DNA of 64,000 nucleotides from an uncultured cyanobacterium (lineage in GTDB: Bacteria > Cyanobacteriota > Cyanobacteriia > Cyanobacteriales > CAWUOF01), in contig CAVUSO010000001.1 in NCBI GenBank assembly GCA_963744145.1, positions 288,001 to 352,000 of the forward strand, in the 5' to 3' direction. Positions within the stretch are counted from its first letter, which is position 1; each line of letters opens with the position of its first letter. This document shows, in pieces, positions 45,618-53,953 of the stretch. The notes beneath the pieces were generated by a model that was not told the DNA's origin, searched no databases, and saw only the letters and a program-made list of their open reading frames with translations. A program made the position numbers and the translations under genes.

Positions 45618-46685
45618 CAGAAGTTACGCAGTTGAACTGGGGATGTGGTAAAAAAAGATCATGAATCCACCTAAATCCACGCCCCTCGAATACATTAACT
45701 TCCTGATTGCGGCAAAAGGCATACAGTTGTAGCGAAGCCGAGCGTGTTCAACCAATCGCAGAAAACCGAGCAGCCCACGATGCGACTTGTGTTGAGCGTA
45801 GTCGAAACATTAACCGTTTGCTGCATCGAAGGTCACCAGACCCCAATGAATTCTGGCAGGAAGCCAAAGACTATGTTGAGTTAAACCAAGGGGTTCTGGT
45901 CATTGATGATACAATGCTTGACAAGTGGTATGCCAAAAAGATGGAGTTGGTCAGTCGGCAATGGTCAGGGAAGCATAAACGTGTTGTCCAAGGCATCAAT
46001 CTGACTACCCTATTATGGTCAGATGGGGATAAACATATCCCATTAGACTATCGACTTTATGAGAAAGAAGTGGACGGGGCTACCAAAATGACCACTTTCG
46101 AGCCATGTTGCTTAATGCCCATGCCAGAGGCTTTCATGCCCAGTGTGTAGCAATTGAATAGTTGGTTTAGTTCTTTGGCCAATTTGAAATTAATTGCTAG
46201 TTATAGCTGGACTTGGTTGACTCGACTGAAATCTAATCGATTGGTAAATGCGGATCATACCGAAAACCGACCAATTAGGGAGGTAGCGTTAGCCCAAACG
46301 GGCACAGTAGTTCATCTGAAAGGTTATGGGTTCATTAAAGTATTCAAGATTGTTGCCCCAGACGGTGACATTGACTACTGGGCGACCAATGACTTACAGA
46401 TGAGCAGCTTAAAACGTTTACAGTGGGCGGAATTTGAATGGTCAATTGAGGAATATCATCGAGGTCTAAAGCAATGCTGTGGCGTGGAAAGATCCCAAGT
46501 TCGGTCGGCTCGCGCAAGGGCGTAATCACATTGGTTTGGCAATTCGGGCCTTTCTCCGTTTGGAGATGCACTGGTTTAACACTGGCATCAGTTGGTATGA
46601 GTCCAAAATTAGTATTGTGCGTGAAGCAGTCCGCTCTTACTTAGAGGCCCATTGGCTGTCTCTCCCGTCAACTGCGTAAGTCCTG
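45618..46685 (+). mobile_element. IS701-like insertion sequence, defective
   Basis: TIR CAGAAGTTACGCAGTTGA vs CAGGACTTACGCAGTTGA (16/18); direct repeat ACCAT at 45613-45617 and 46686-46690. Confidence 0.88.
45661..46679 (+). pseudogene. DDE transposase with several frameshifts
   Basis: MNPPK start at 45661; fragments with VIDDT, SWF, WSIEEYHRGLKQ in different frames. Confidence 0.85.
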
Positions 46686-46955
46686 ACCATGACGAGGATG
46701 AAGTGTCAGAGTGTGGCTGGAAAAAACTAGCCTGTAGTCTTTACTACAGAAACTGCTTGTGCGCTCAAGCTAATGCAATATAGAACAACTACGGTAGGAT
46801 CGCTTTGTTGACAGGTTGTTGGAGTATGATCACACTAAAGAGCATATTAAGTCTTAATTATTAAAGTATTTTTAGCTGTGACATTTCAGATGGTGTAAAA
46901 CATCCACTCTAGATTTACTCAGGACTAAATTTTCAAGCAATTTGGCAACCTTTAA

Positions 46956-48635
46956 TCATTGTATTCGTCCCTGTAAAATAGCATTTTTAATTTCCAAGAG
47001 AGGTCCTAAAACATCTGGTGCAAGAGCCAATTGAAGTACCATCTCATAATCTTGTTGTGCCAAAGGATGTGTGTGCGAACCTAGATTGCGAATTCTAGAA
47101 ATATCAGTCCAGGCATCTATTACTCTGCTAGATAAGGAACTACCAATTGCCTGTTGAATCATTAAATCTAATCTTTCATTTGGTGAATTAGTCATAGTTA
47201 TAACTAGGTGTAAAGCATCTCCAAGAGTAATAAACCGATGACGACCACTTGCACGATTAACCCAATCTAACTGATTGATATCAACAGTTATTACTCTATT
47301 TCCTCTATGTCCTGTTTCTACAATTCCTCGTTTTTGTGGAAGCGTAGGATCATGCAGGGTAAAATATGTCGGCATAGTGATGTCACGCGCCGCTCTTGCA
47401 GCTTGAATCATCGATAAGTTTACTTCTAGTTCAAAAGCTTTCCATACACCTTGAGCGCCAGGTGTAAAATCAATATCCATCATTGGTTGTAGTCTTTGTG
47501 CAGCGGGATTTTGATTAACTATTGGTTGTGGTCTTTGTGCCGCAGGATTCCGATTAATTGGTTGTGGTCGTTGTGTAGCAGGATTTTGATCAATTGATTG
47601 TGGTCGTTGTGCAGCGGGATTTTGTGCAACAGGATTCCGATCAATTGGTTGTGGTCTTTGGATATTACGATTCTGTCCATATCCTCCCTGGGGTCTTCGT
47701 CTACCAAGAGGACCAATACCTTCAAGTGCGTTTTCTGCTAGACTTTCAAGAAAAGAGCCAACAGCAAGAGATGTTTCAATCATTACTGCTGATTCATCAT
47801 TAAGAAGCGGTGGAAGTTCGACTGTATTTTGCAAATTCTGAAGAACTCTTGCCGCAACAAATGCTGGAGCTATGAGCCTTCCCGTTGCATCTTCAATTAC
47901 AGCATCTTCCGATCCTATCCCTGTCAAATCAAGGTCTTCAAATTGCTGAGAACGATTGTTTCGCCTCAATGAGTTGAGACTATTTTCAACCATATCCAAT
48001 TGTCTACCAAGTTCATAGCGATAATCGTTAGCTTCTAGACCTCGTTCCGTGTCAAAAGTATTTAAAATGTTATAAAAAGCCCTTAATCCTTGACGATTTG
48101 ACTCATTTTGTAGACGATAATCTACTTGATCGCTACATATTGCTTCAAGGGTAGTAAATATATGCCCAATATTTGGAATTCCATATTGATCAGGAAGTCT
48201 TGCAAGTTCATTTAATTGCACATCGAGATGTTCTGATGAGGTTGGGGAAATCACGTATTCTAATTGCCAAAGATTTGTTGATGCAACAATGGCAGGAAGA
48301 GAATGCCAAGGAATGCCAAACAAACGTGCTATTTCCCGTATTAATGGTCCCTCGTTAGTTGTAAATGATAAAGTACCAGCAGTTGCCTGATAATTTCTCC
48401 ACCATCGTGAATTACTACGATCTTGCAGCCATTCATCTGGGGGATCTAACACGGCAAAAAAAGCAAGGTTTTCACCTGTACTTTCATGCAAATTCGCAAA
48501 TTCAGCTTTCAAATATTCAGTAAAAATTACATCACTTGGCTTGAAAAGAATTGCGACCTGTATTGGAAACCTTGCAAAATACTTTTGTGAAGGCGATCCC
48601 GCATTAAAGATATTTGTTTTTATTGGAAATACCAT
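46956..48635 (-). CDS. Hypothetical protein with internal Q/P/R repeats and candidate C-terminal HEPN domain
   Basis: 559 aa; KAFELE helix and RNLGSH (Rx4H) near the C-terminus. Confidence 0.6.
   Translation of the reverse strand: MVFPIKTNIFNAGSPSQKYFARFPIQVAILFKPSDVIFTEYLKAEFANLHESTGENLAFFAVLDPPDEWLQDRSNSRWWRNYQATAGTLSFTTNEGPLIREIARLFGIPWHSLPAIVASTNLWQLEYVISPTSSEHLDVQLNELARLPDQYGIPNIGHIFTTLEAICSDQVDYRLQNESNRQGLRAFYNILNTFDTERGLEANDYRYELGRQLDMVENSLNSLRRNNRSQQFEDLDLTGIGSEDAVIEDATGRLIAPAFVAARVLQNLQNTVELPPLLNDESAVMIETSLAVGSFLESLAENALEGIGPLGRRRPQGGYGQNRNIQRPQPIDRNPVAQNPAAQRPQSIDQNPATQRPQPINRNPAAQRPQPIVNQNPAAQRLQPMMDIDFTPGAQGVWKAFELEVNLSMIQAARAARDITMPTYFTLHDPTLPQKRGIVETGHRGNRVITVDINQLDWVNRASGRHRFITLGDALHLVITMTNSPNERLDLMIQQAIGSSLSSRVIDAWTDISRIRNLGSHTHPLAQQDYEMVLQLALAPDVLGPLLEIKNAILQGRIQ
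47482..47660 (-). repeat. Intragenic ~36-nt tandem repeat encoding QRPQPI(D/N)(R/Q)NPAA
   Basis: About five imperfect units visible in DNA and protein. Confidence 0.85.
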
Positions 48636-49110
48636 AGGAGCTAACGAAAAATAGAATCTAATGTTGTATTTTTTGAATCGCAGATTTTGGATGGAAAAGT
48701 TGTCTAGCTTTTTGATAAAGGCATAAACTTACTTGCAACCAAAATAACCTTACTTATACCATCAAAGCACCGAACCCAATATTTGTCAACAGAATACCAG
48801 CACTACTCACTGCTTAAAGTTTATTAAGCCTTGTGCATCAATTATTTACTACTTGATCATCTACTCAAATAGAACATTTACAAGTTGTCGCGGAGAAGAG
48901 CTTACCGTTGGCTTAGGGGTCGGGATGAATCAGGCTGCCGATGGTTAGGGGCTGTTGATAGCTTGGCGATCGCGAAATGGCTAAAAAATACGGTTGGAAA
49001 CTGGTCGATATAGAGGAAACAAATAACGATATCCTACCTGTAGATTGTATATTTGACGGCCAAACCGAATTCCCAAAGTCCTATTATGATCACGATGAGG
49101 AGTAACAATA

Positions 49111-49248
49111 ATGCGTAAGTGGATTGTTTTCCGTGCTGATGGACGACAACCTGGCGGGCTAACCCGCAAATATGCCCACACGGGGTCACTCACAAAAACT
49201 TTAGCCCAGAGGATCTCCTGGGTGCAGAAGGTATTCTCAAGCAATTAA
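49111..49248 (+). pseudogene. Short, probably truncated hypothetical ORF (MRKWIVFRAD...)
   Basis: GAGGAG RBS then ATG at 49111; only 45 codons. Confidence 0.35.
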
Positions 49249-49399
49249 CAAAAGCATTTAAAGTAACTAGGTATTAGTTATTGTCGCAAAATGTAAGCGA
49301 ATTATTGCCTATAAGCATTAGAGAAAATTTGATATTTTTGTAGTAATTAGTACCAAATTTTAGCTTGGCAAATGGCATGAAGTTGTTAGAGCTTAAAGG

Positions 49400-50818
49400 T
49401 TACAAGTCTTGGCGCGAGAAAAGATCCGCGCAAAACCCCCAGAACCCTCCACCATCTACTATTACCACTACACCAAGGGCCCGCGCGGGAAGGTGGCCAG
49501 AAAGAGCAGTGATGTTAAATGTTAGATTACTATAGTCTAACCAGTTTCCTCCTTTTCTCCATCCTAATTTATCAGCAAATTTGTAATACGTATTCCAATC
49601 TGCATTAGGATGTCCACTAACACCCTGACTTTCCCAGATTTGTTTTTGAACGCTAAACCCAAAACGACCATTAGAATATTTTACCCATAACTTATCTATG
49701 GTGCGAAGGTCTTTACATGGAAACTTTAACCAATCATCACCAGTGAGATATTCCTCTTGTTCACGATTAGCAGCTTTAAGTACAAGATGATAAGTTTTCT
49801 TGTCAGCTTCTTTCCATTTTCTAGTAGCTAATAAGTCACGGAGAGGAGTGTAATCTATTCCTTTTTCACTTTCAAGATTATCTTGATTTTGTGGAGCTAT
49901 TGGTTGTGAAGAAAACTCGGTTTTAGGTATTGATTTAGAACTAAGTGCTTGCAATATTTCACTAGCAGATTGATAGCGATCACCCAAAGGAACCGATATC
50001 ATTTTATCTAAAAAAACACCCAAATCATTGCTAACACTAGCATATTGTCGCCACACCCATTTCATCTTATAAAAATCAAACAACTTATCTATATTGTTGC
50101 CATTTTGTTCTTCTAATAAACAACCTGTTAAAAGTCTAATACAAGTAACACCTAAACTATATAAATCACTAGCGGGAAAAGTTTGACCCTGTAATTGTTC
50201 TGGAGCTGTATAACCAGGAGTACCAACTGATGTACCCACTCTTGTCATTACAGTACCGCTTAATTGCTTGGATACACCAAAATCAATTAACATTAAACGA
50301 TTATTAGCATCTCTAATAATATTCTCAGGTTTAATATCTCTGTGAATTACATTATTTTTATGAATAAATTCTAAAACAGGTAGAAGTTGATTTAATAAAT
50401 TTTTAATTTTTTCCTCATTAAATTTGCTGTTTTGTTGTAGTTCCTTTAATAAATCTTGTCCGTCAATAAATTCTTGTACTAAATATAGCCGTCTATCTTG
50501 TTCAAAGAATGCTAATAAGTCAGGTATTTGGGGATGTTTACCTAAGTCCCTTAATCTGACAGCTTCTTGTTTAAATAATTCTGTAGCTTTCTGTAATGCT
50601 CCACTACCTTGCAACTGAGGTAGAAATTGTTTAATCACACAGAATGTGCCCAGTCGTTGCTCGTCTATTGATTTGAATGTTCTCCCAAAACCACCCTCAC
50701 CGAGAAATTGTACTGCTCGATAGCGATCGCCCAGTAACAACCTATTACCGCAGCGCACACAAAACTTTGTCCCAGATGGGTTGATATTCTCACACTCAGG
50801 GTTTAGACATAAGCTCAT
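49400..50818 (-). CDS. Ser/Thr kinase-GUN4 domain protein, paralog B
   Basis: Same architecture as 39878-41377; HRDIKPEN, DFG, APE; GUN4 signature. Confidence 0.93.
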   Translation of the reverse strand: MSLCLNPECENINPSGTKFCVRCGNRLLLGDRYRAVQFLGEGGFGRTFKSIDEQRLGTFCVIKQFLPQLQGSGALQKATELFKQEAVRLRDLGKHPQIPDLLAFFEQDRRLYLVQEFIDGQDLLKELQQNSKFNEEKIKNLLNQLLPVLEFIHKNNVIHRDIKPENIIRDANNRLMLIDFGVSKQLSGTVMTRVGTSVGTPGYTAPEQLQGQTFPASDLYSLGVTCIRLLTGCLLEEQNGNNIDKLFDFYKMKWVWRQYASVSNDLGVFLDKMISVPLGDRYQSASEILQALSSKSIPKTEFSSQPIAPQNQDNLESEKGIDYTPLRDLLATRKWKEADKKTYHLVLKAANREQEEYLTGDDWLKFPCKDLRTIDKLWVKYSNGRFGFSVQKQIWESQGVSGHPNADWNTYYKFADKLGWRKGGNWLDYSNLTFNITALSGHLPARALGVVVIVDGGGFWGFCADLFSRQDL

Positions 50819-50994
50819 AACTTGTCAATAATCCACAGGTTTCGTGTATAAATAATAGCGGACAGTTAGCGCAAATGTCCAGTGAGGTGTCTTGTTACGG
50901 TGTGTTAAGCATTTTGTAGGCGATCGCTTTAAAATAGACATTACATATCATAAATTTTTCCAAAAATAGGTTATTCCCTCAATTATTCCTAAAC

Positions 50995-51231
50995 ATGATG
51001 ACAACCAAAGAGCAATTACTTGAAGAACTTGAAACCCTTCCCGAAGAACTCATTAGTGAAGCATTGGACTACATCTGCTTCATCAAAAATCGTTATAGTC
51101 TAAAACTGGAAGCCATTCGGGCGATCGCAAAACTCGACTCAGACTGGTGGGAAAACCTCAATAACTTCACCCCTGATTTTCTGGACGAGCGATCACAGCC
51201 TAACCTGCCCAACAGAGAGGACATATTTTGA
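50995..51231 (+). CDS. vapB: Antitoxin (VapB-like) of type II TA pair
   Basis: Small acidic ORF with FTPDFLDERxQP tail; TGATG overlap with PIN toxin. Confidence 0.75.
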   Translation: MMTTKEQLLEELETLPEELISEALDYICFIKNRYSLKLEAIRAIAKLDSDWWENLNNFTPDFLDERSQPNLPNREDIF

Positions 51232-51632
51232 TGAGATTTCTGCTCGACACAAATATCTGTATTTATATTATCAAACAGAAGCCTATTTCCGTTCGTCAAC
51301 GTTTCCAATCAGTCAATACAGGACATATCGGTATTTCAATTGTTACACTTGCCGAATTGGAGTATGGTGCTGCTAAAAGTAAAAACCCTATAAGAAACCG
51401 TGAAACTCTTAAAGTATTCTGCGCTCCTTTCGAGATCATCGACTTTAATGAAGAAGATGCGCGAATTTTTGGCAAGATTCGTACTGATTTAGAGCAACGA
51501 GGACAGCCTATTGGCAGTTATGACTTGCTTATTGCCGCACAAGCCCTTAGTCGCGGTCTTATTATCGTAACGAACAATATTAAAGAATTTAGTCGCATTG
51601 ATGGGCTAGTTATTGAGAATTGGGTCAAATAG
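51231..51632 (+). CDS. vapC: PIN-domain toxin VapC
   Basis: LLDTNICI, ELEYG, IGSYDLLIAAQA, TNNIKEF, ENW. Confidence 0.93.
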   Translation: MRFLLDTNICIYIIKQKPISVRQRFQSVNTGHIGISIVTLAELEYGAAKSKNPIRNRETLKVFCAPFEIIDFNEEDARIFGKIRTDLEQRGQPIGSYDLLIAAQALSRGLIIVTNNIKEFSRIDGLVIENWVK

Positions 51633-51784
51633 AATGAGGCGATTGATCTGTTAACAATTTGGATTCATCGCGATCGCTATAATTATGTAATAACTGGGTA
51701 GCGATCGCTTTGGTGGTGATTGTCTCTGTGCTTTGATTGGGTGTTTTTGGGTGCGATCGCATTAAAGATTTTATTAATCATTGA

Positions 51785-53401
51785 TTATTTTCCAATAGTT
51801 TCACTTTTAAAAGATAATTTAATATTGGGTAAACCTGAATTCTTTAATCGGTTAGAAATTTCTGCTTTAGCTGATGGAAAAGTAGGAAAATTCTCATTCA
51901 TTCCAAAAGGAATCCCTACACTATATCCGATTTTTTCTATTTTTATATTAACCCTAGCAGGTACTATATACTTCCGAGGTGAGATATAAAATTTCTCTAG
52001 ATAACCGCTCCCATTACTTAAATTTTTGATAAAATCATCACTAAAATAGTTAGTAGCAAGATCGGCAAAATCTTTCAGATATTCTTCAAACAAAAGCCAT
52101 CCAATTTTATCAACACCAGCTAAAACGTAAACAGTATCAAATCTACAAGAGGGATTTTGTACTTTCTGATTGTTTAATATTCCGGAGACTGAATTAAATA
52201 TAGGAACTATCTGACCATTAGAATATTTTATAGATTCAGAAGGCATTTGTGGATCAAGACTAAAACATTTAACGAATAATCCTATTTTTTCTCTAATCCC
52301 ACTAAATCTAAATTCTCTTTTCTCATATTTATGAAGATTAATTCCCCGTTTTAATAATAATTCCTCAATCGTATTAAATTCAGAATTAACTAATGTTGAT
52401 TTTATTTGTTCAGAGCGACGAGAGCGACTTCCTAATCCACGCATTCCAGTTTTATATTCCTGACTAACTTTGGACATAGTTGCATTAATAGCTTCACGTT
52501 CCAAAGTTTCATCATTGAATAGGATTTCAATCAAATCTGAATTATATGGTTTAAGTCTCTTTAAGCAGAAAGTGTAATAATGATCTTGGTCAGCTTGATT
52601 TTGAATATTAGCTAATGATTCTGGAGTTAATGCGTTAATAGGTTCTTTAGCTAAGGTAGTTTCAATATATTCTCTCATTTGCGGCGCTTCTTCTTTTAAA
52701 TACAAACCTTTCCAATAATTAACCTCAATTACATATCCATTTACATAAAGACGATACATAAAAGAGTAAGTAGGTGGTAAACCAGGTGGCAAGTTTTCCC
52801 ATTTATTAGCATAAGCTTTGCGACTATTAAATGCTTGCCTGATAACTCCTTGTGTATTCTGCCAATTCTGAGTATCAAGCTGGTATTTCGTGGCAAAAGC
52901 TTCTAAATCGAGACAAATATGAATAATGCTTAATCCCAAAATTCTTTTCTGTACCATCCAGTCAATAGTGTTTAAGTTCTGGGGTTGGTTTTGAATATCT
53001 TTTCTAGGTGGCTCTACTCCTAAGATGAAAGCAAAATCAGCGATCGCGATTATTGTTTCCCTTAAAAGAGTTTCAGTTGGACGTACTGCTTTCGTCTTTA
53101 CTGGAGTAGAGTTTAACTCTGGACAATATGTTTCAATACGTTGGGTTTCTACATGATCTAATTGAGACACACTAACTTGTTCATAATAAATAGTAAAATA
53201 TCTCTTTTTCTGCGATTCTAGTTGATCAATACGGTGATGAGCTTTCCCTTGCCAACGCTTATTGAGATTTTTGGTTTTTCCTATATACCAAATATGGTTA
53301 TTTTCGTCTAAAACATAGTAAATTCCAGAATATTCAGGAAGTAGATGTTTCATTGATAAAGAAATCTTTGAAAGTTGCAGAATATTTTCGTCAGCAATCA
53401 T
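51785..53401 (-). CDS. GIY-YIG nuclease domain protein with long unknown C-terminus
   Basis: SGIYYV...WYIGKT.NL.KRW...E...LN. Confidence 0.8.
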   Translation of the reverse strand: MIADENILQLSKISLSMKHLLPEYSGIYYVLDENNHIWYIGKTKNLNKRWQGKAHHRIDQLESQKKRYFTIYYEQVSVSQLDHVETQRIETYCPELNSTPVKTKAVRPTETLLRETIIAIADFAFILGVEPPRKDIQNQPQNLNTIDWMVQKRILGLSIIHICLDLEAFATKYQLDTQNWQNTQGVIRQAFNSRKAYANKWENLPPGLPPTYSFMYRLYVNGYVIEVNYWKGLYLKEEAPQMREYIETTLAKEPINALTPESLANIQNQADQDHYYTFCLKRLKPYNSDLIEILFNDETLEREAINATMSKVSQEYKTGMRGLGSRSRRSEQIKSTLVNSEFNTIEELLLKRGINLHKYEKREFRFSGIREKIGLFVKCFSLDPQMPSESIKYSNGQIVPIFNSVSGILNNQKVQNPSCRFDTVYVLAGVDKIGWLLFEEYLKDFADLATNYFSDDFIKNLSNGSGYLEKFYISPRKYIVPARVNIKIEKIGYSVGIPFGMNENFPTFPSAKAEISNRLKNSGLPNIKLSFKSETIGK

Positions 53402-53409
53402 ATTATTAT

Positions 53410-53505
53410 TATTCCAAGCAATAAGCCTTAGCGTGCCAAATACTCACGCTCCGGCAACTCAATATTCAACCGTTTTACGGGTTCAGTCATTACTTTCCTG
53501 GGCAT
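53410..53505 (-). pseudogene. Frameshifted, truncated copy of the RHH gene at 44283-44456
   Basis: MPRKVMTEPVKRLNIELPEREYLA, then frameshift; KAYCLE* continues in another frame. Confidence 0.65.
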
Positions 53506-53613
53506 TGTGGGTGTTTCACAAAACTCTTGTACTAATTGTATTATATAGTTCGTGGAAACGTCCAGTAGCAAGTAATCGATATCTGGCCAAGTCTCTGAAT
53601 GCTCAATACCAGT

Positions 53614-53880
53614 GGTAAGATTTGGATTCAATGGAATGGAACTGAAGAAGATGTTGCTCTGACAAGGAGTAAAAATGGGAGTTCCTCAAGAAGATATTGT
53701 AATTGGCTTTCATCCACCCTATATGCGTCAATATACGAGACCTCTTGCAAAAGTCCTTATTGATCTATTTATTGACAGGCAAGATGCCTGTCCCACCAGA
53801 AAAAATCCCTTTTGTGGGACAGGCATCTTGCCTGTCCTATTTATTTTTGCAAGAGGTCTACGGAATATGCAATTAATTAA
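53614..53880 (+). pseudogene. XisI-family C-terminal fragment, frameshifted and MITE-interrupted
   Basis: GKIWIQWNGTEEDVA / VKMGVPQEDIVIGFHPPYMRQYT [insertion] EYAIN*. Confidence 0.8.
53738..53859. mobile_element. 122-bp MITE
   Basis: Perfect 15-bp TIR AGACCTCTTGCAAAA; ACG direct repeat at 53735-53737 and 53860-53862; internal inverted pair GACAGGCAAGATGCCTGTCCCAC. Confidence 0.9.
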
Positions 53881-53953
53881 TCATTGGTTTGGAGTAGGGT
53901 CGCTCATATAGATTGCCAGAACAGGAGCGATCGGCTATAGTGGTGTATAAGGC

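Noticed and set aside
39878..50818. Classical DGR (RT + template repeat)
   Set aside because: No RT or Avd ORF and no adenine-only mismatched TR/VR pair seen; segments differ in length. A remote DGR cannot be excluded from this window
53428..53911. ORFs 53428-53631, 53433-53618 and 53675-53911 as real genes
   Set aside because: Chimeras of an RHH remnant, an xisI remnant and a MITE
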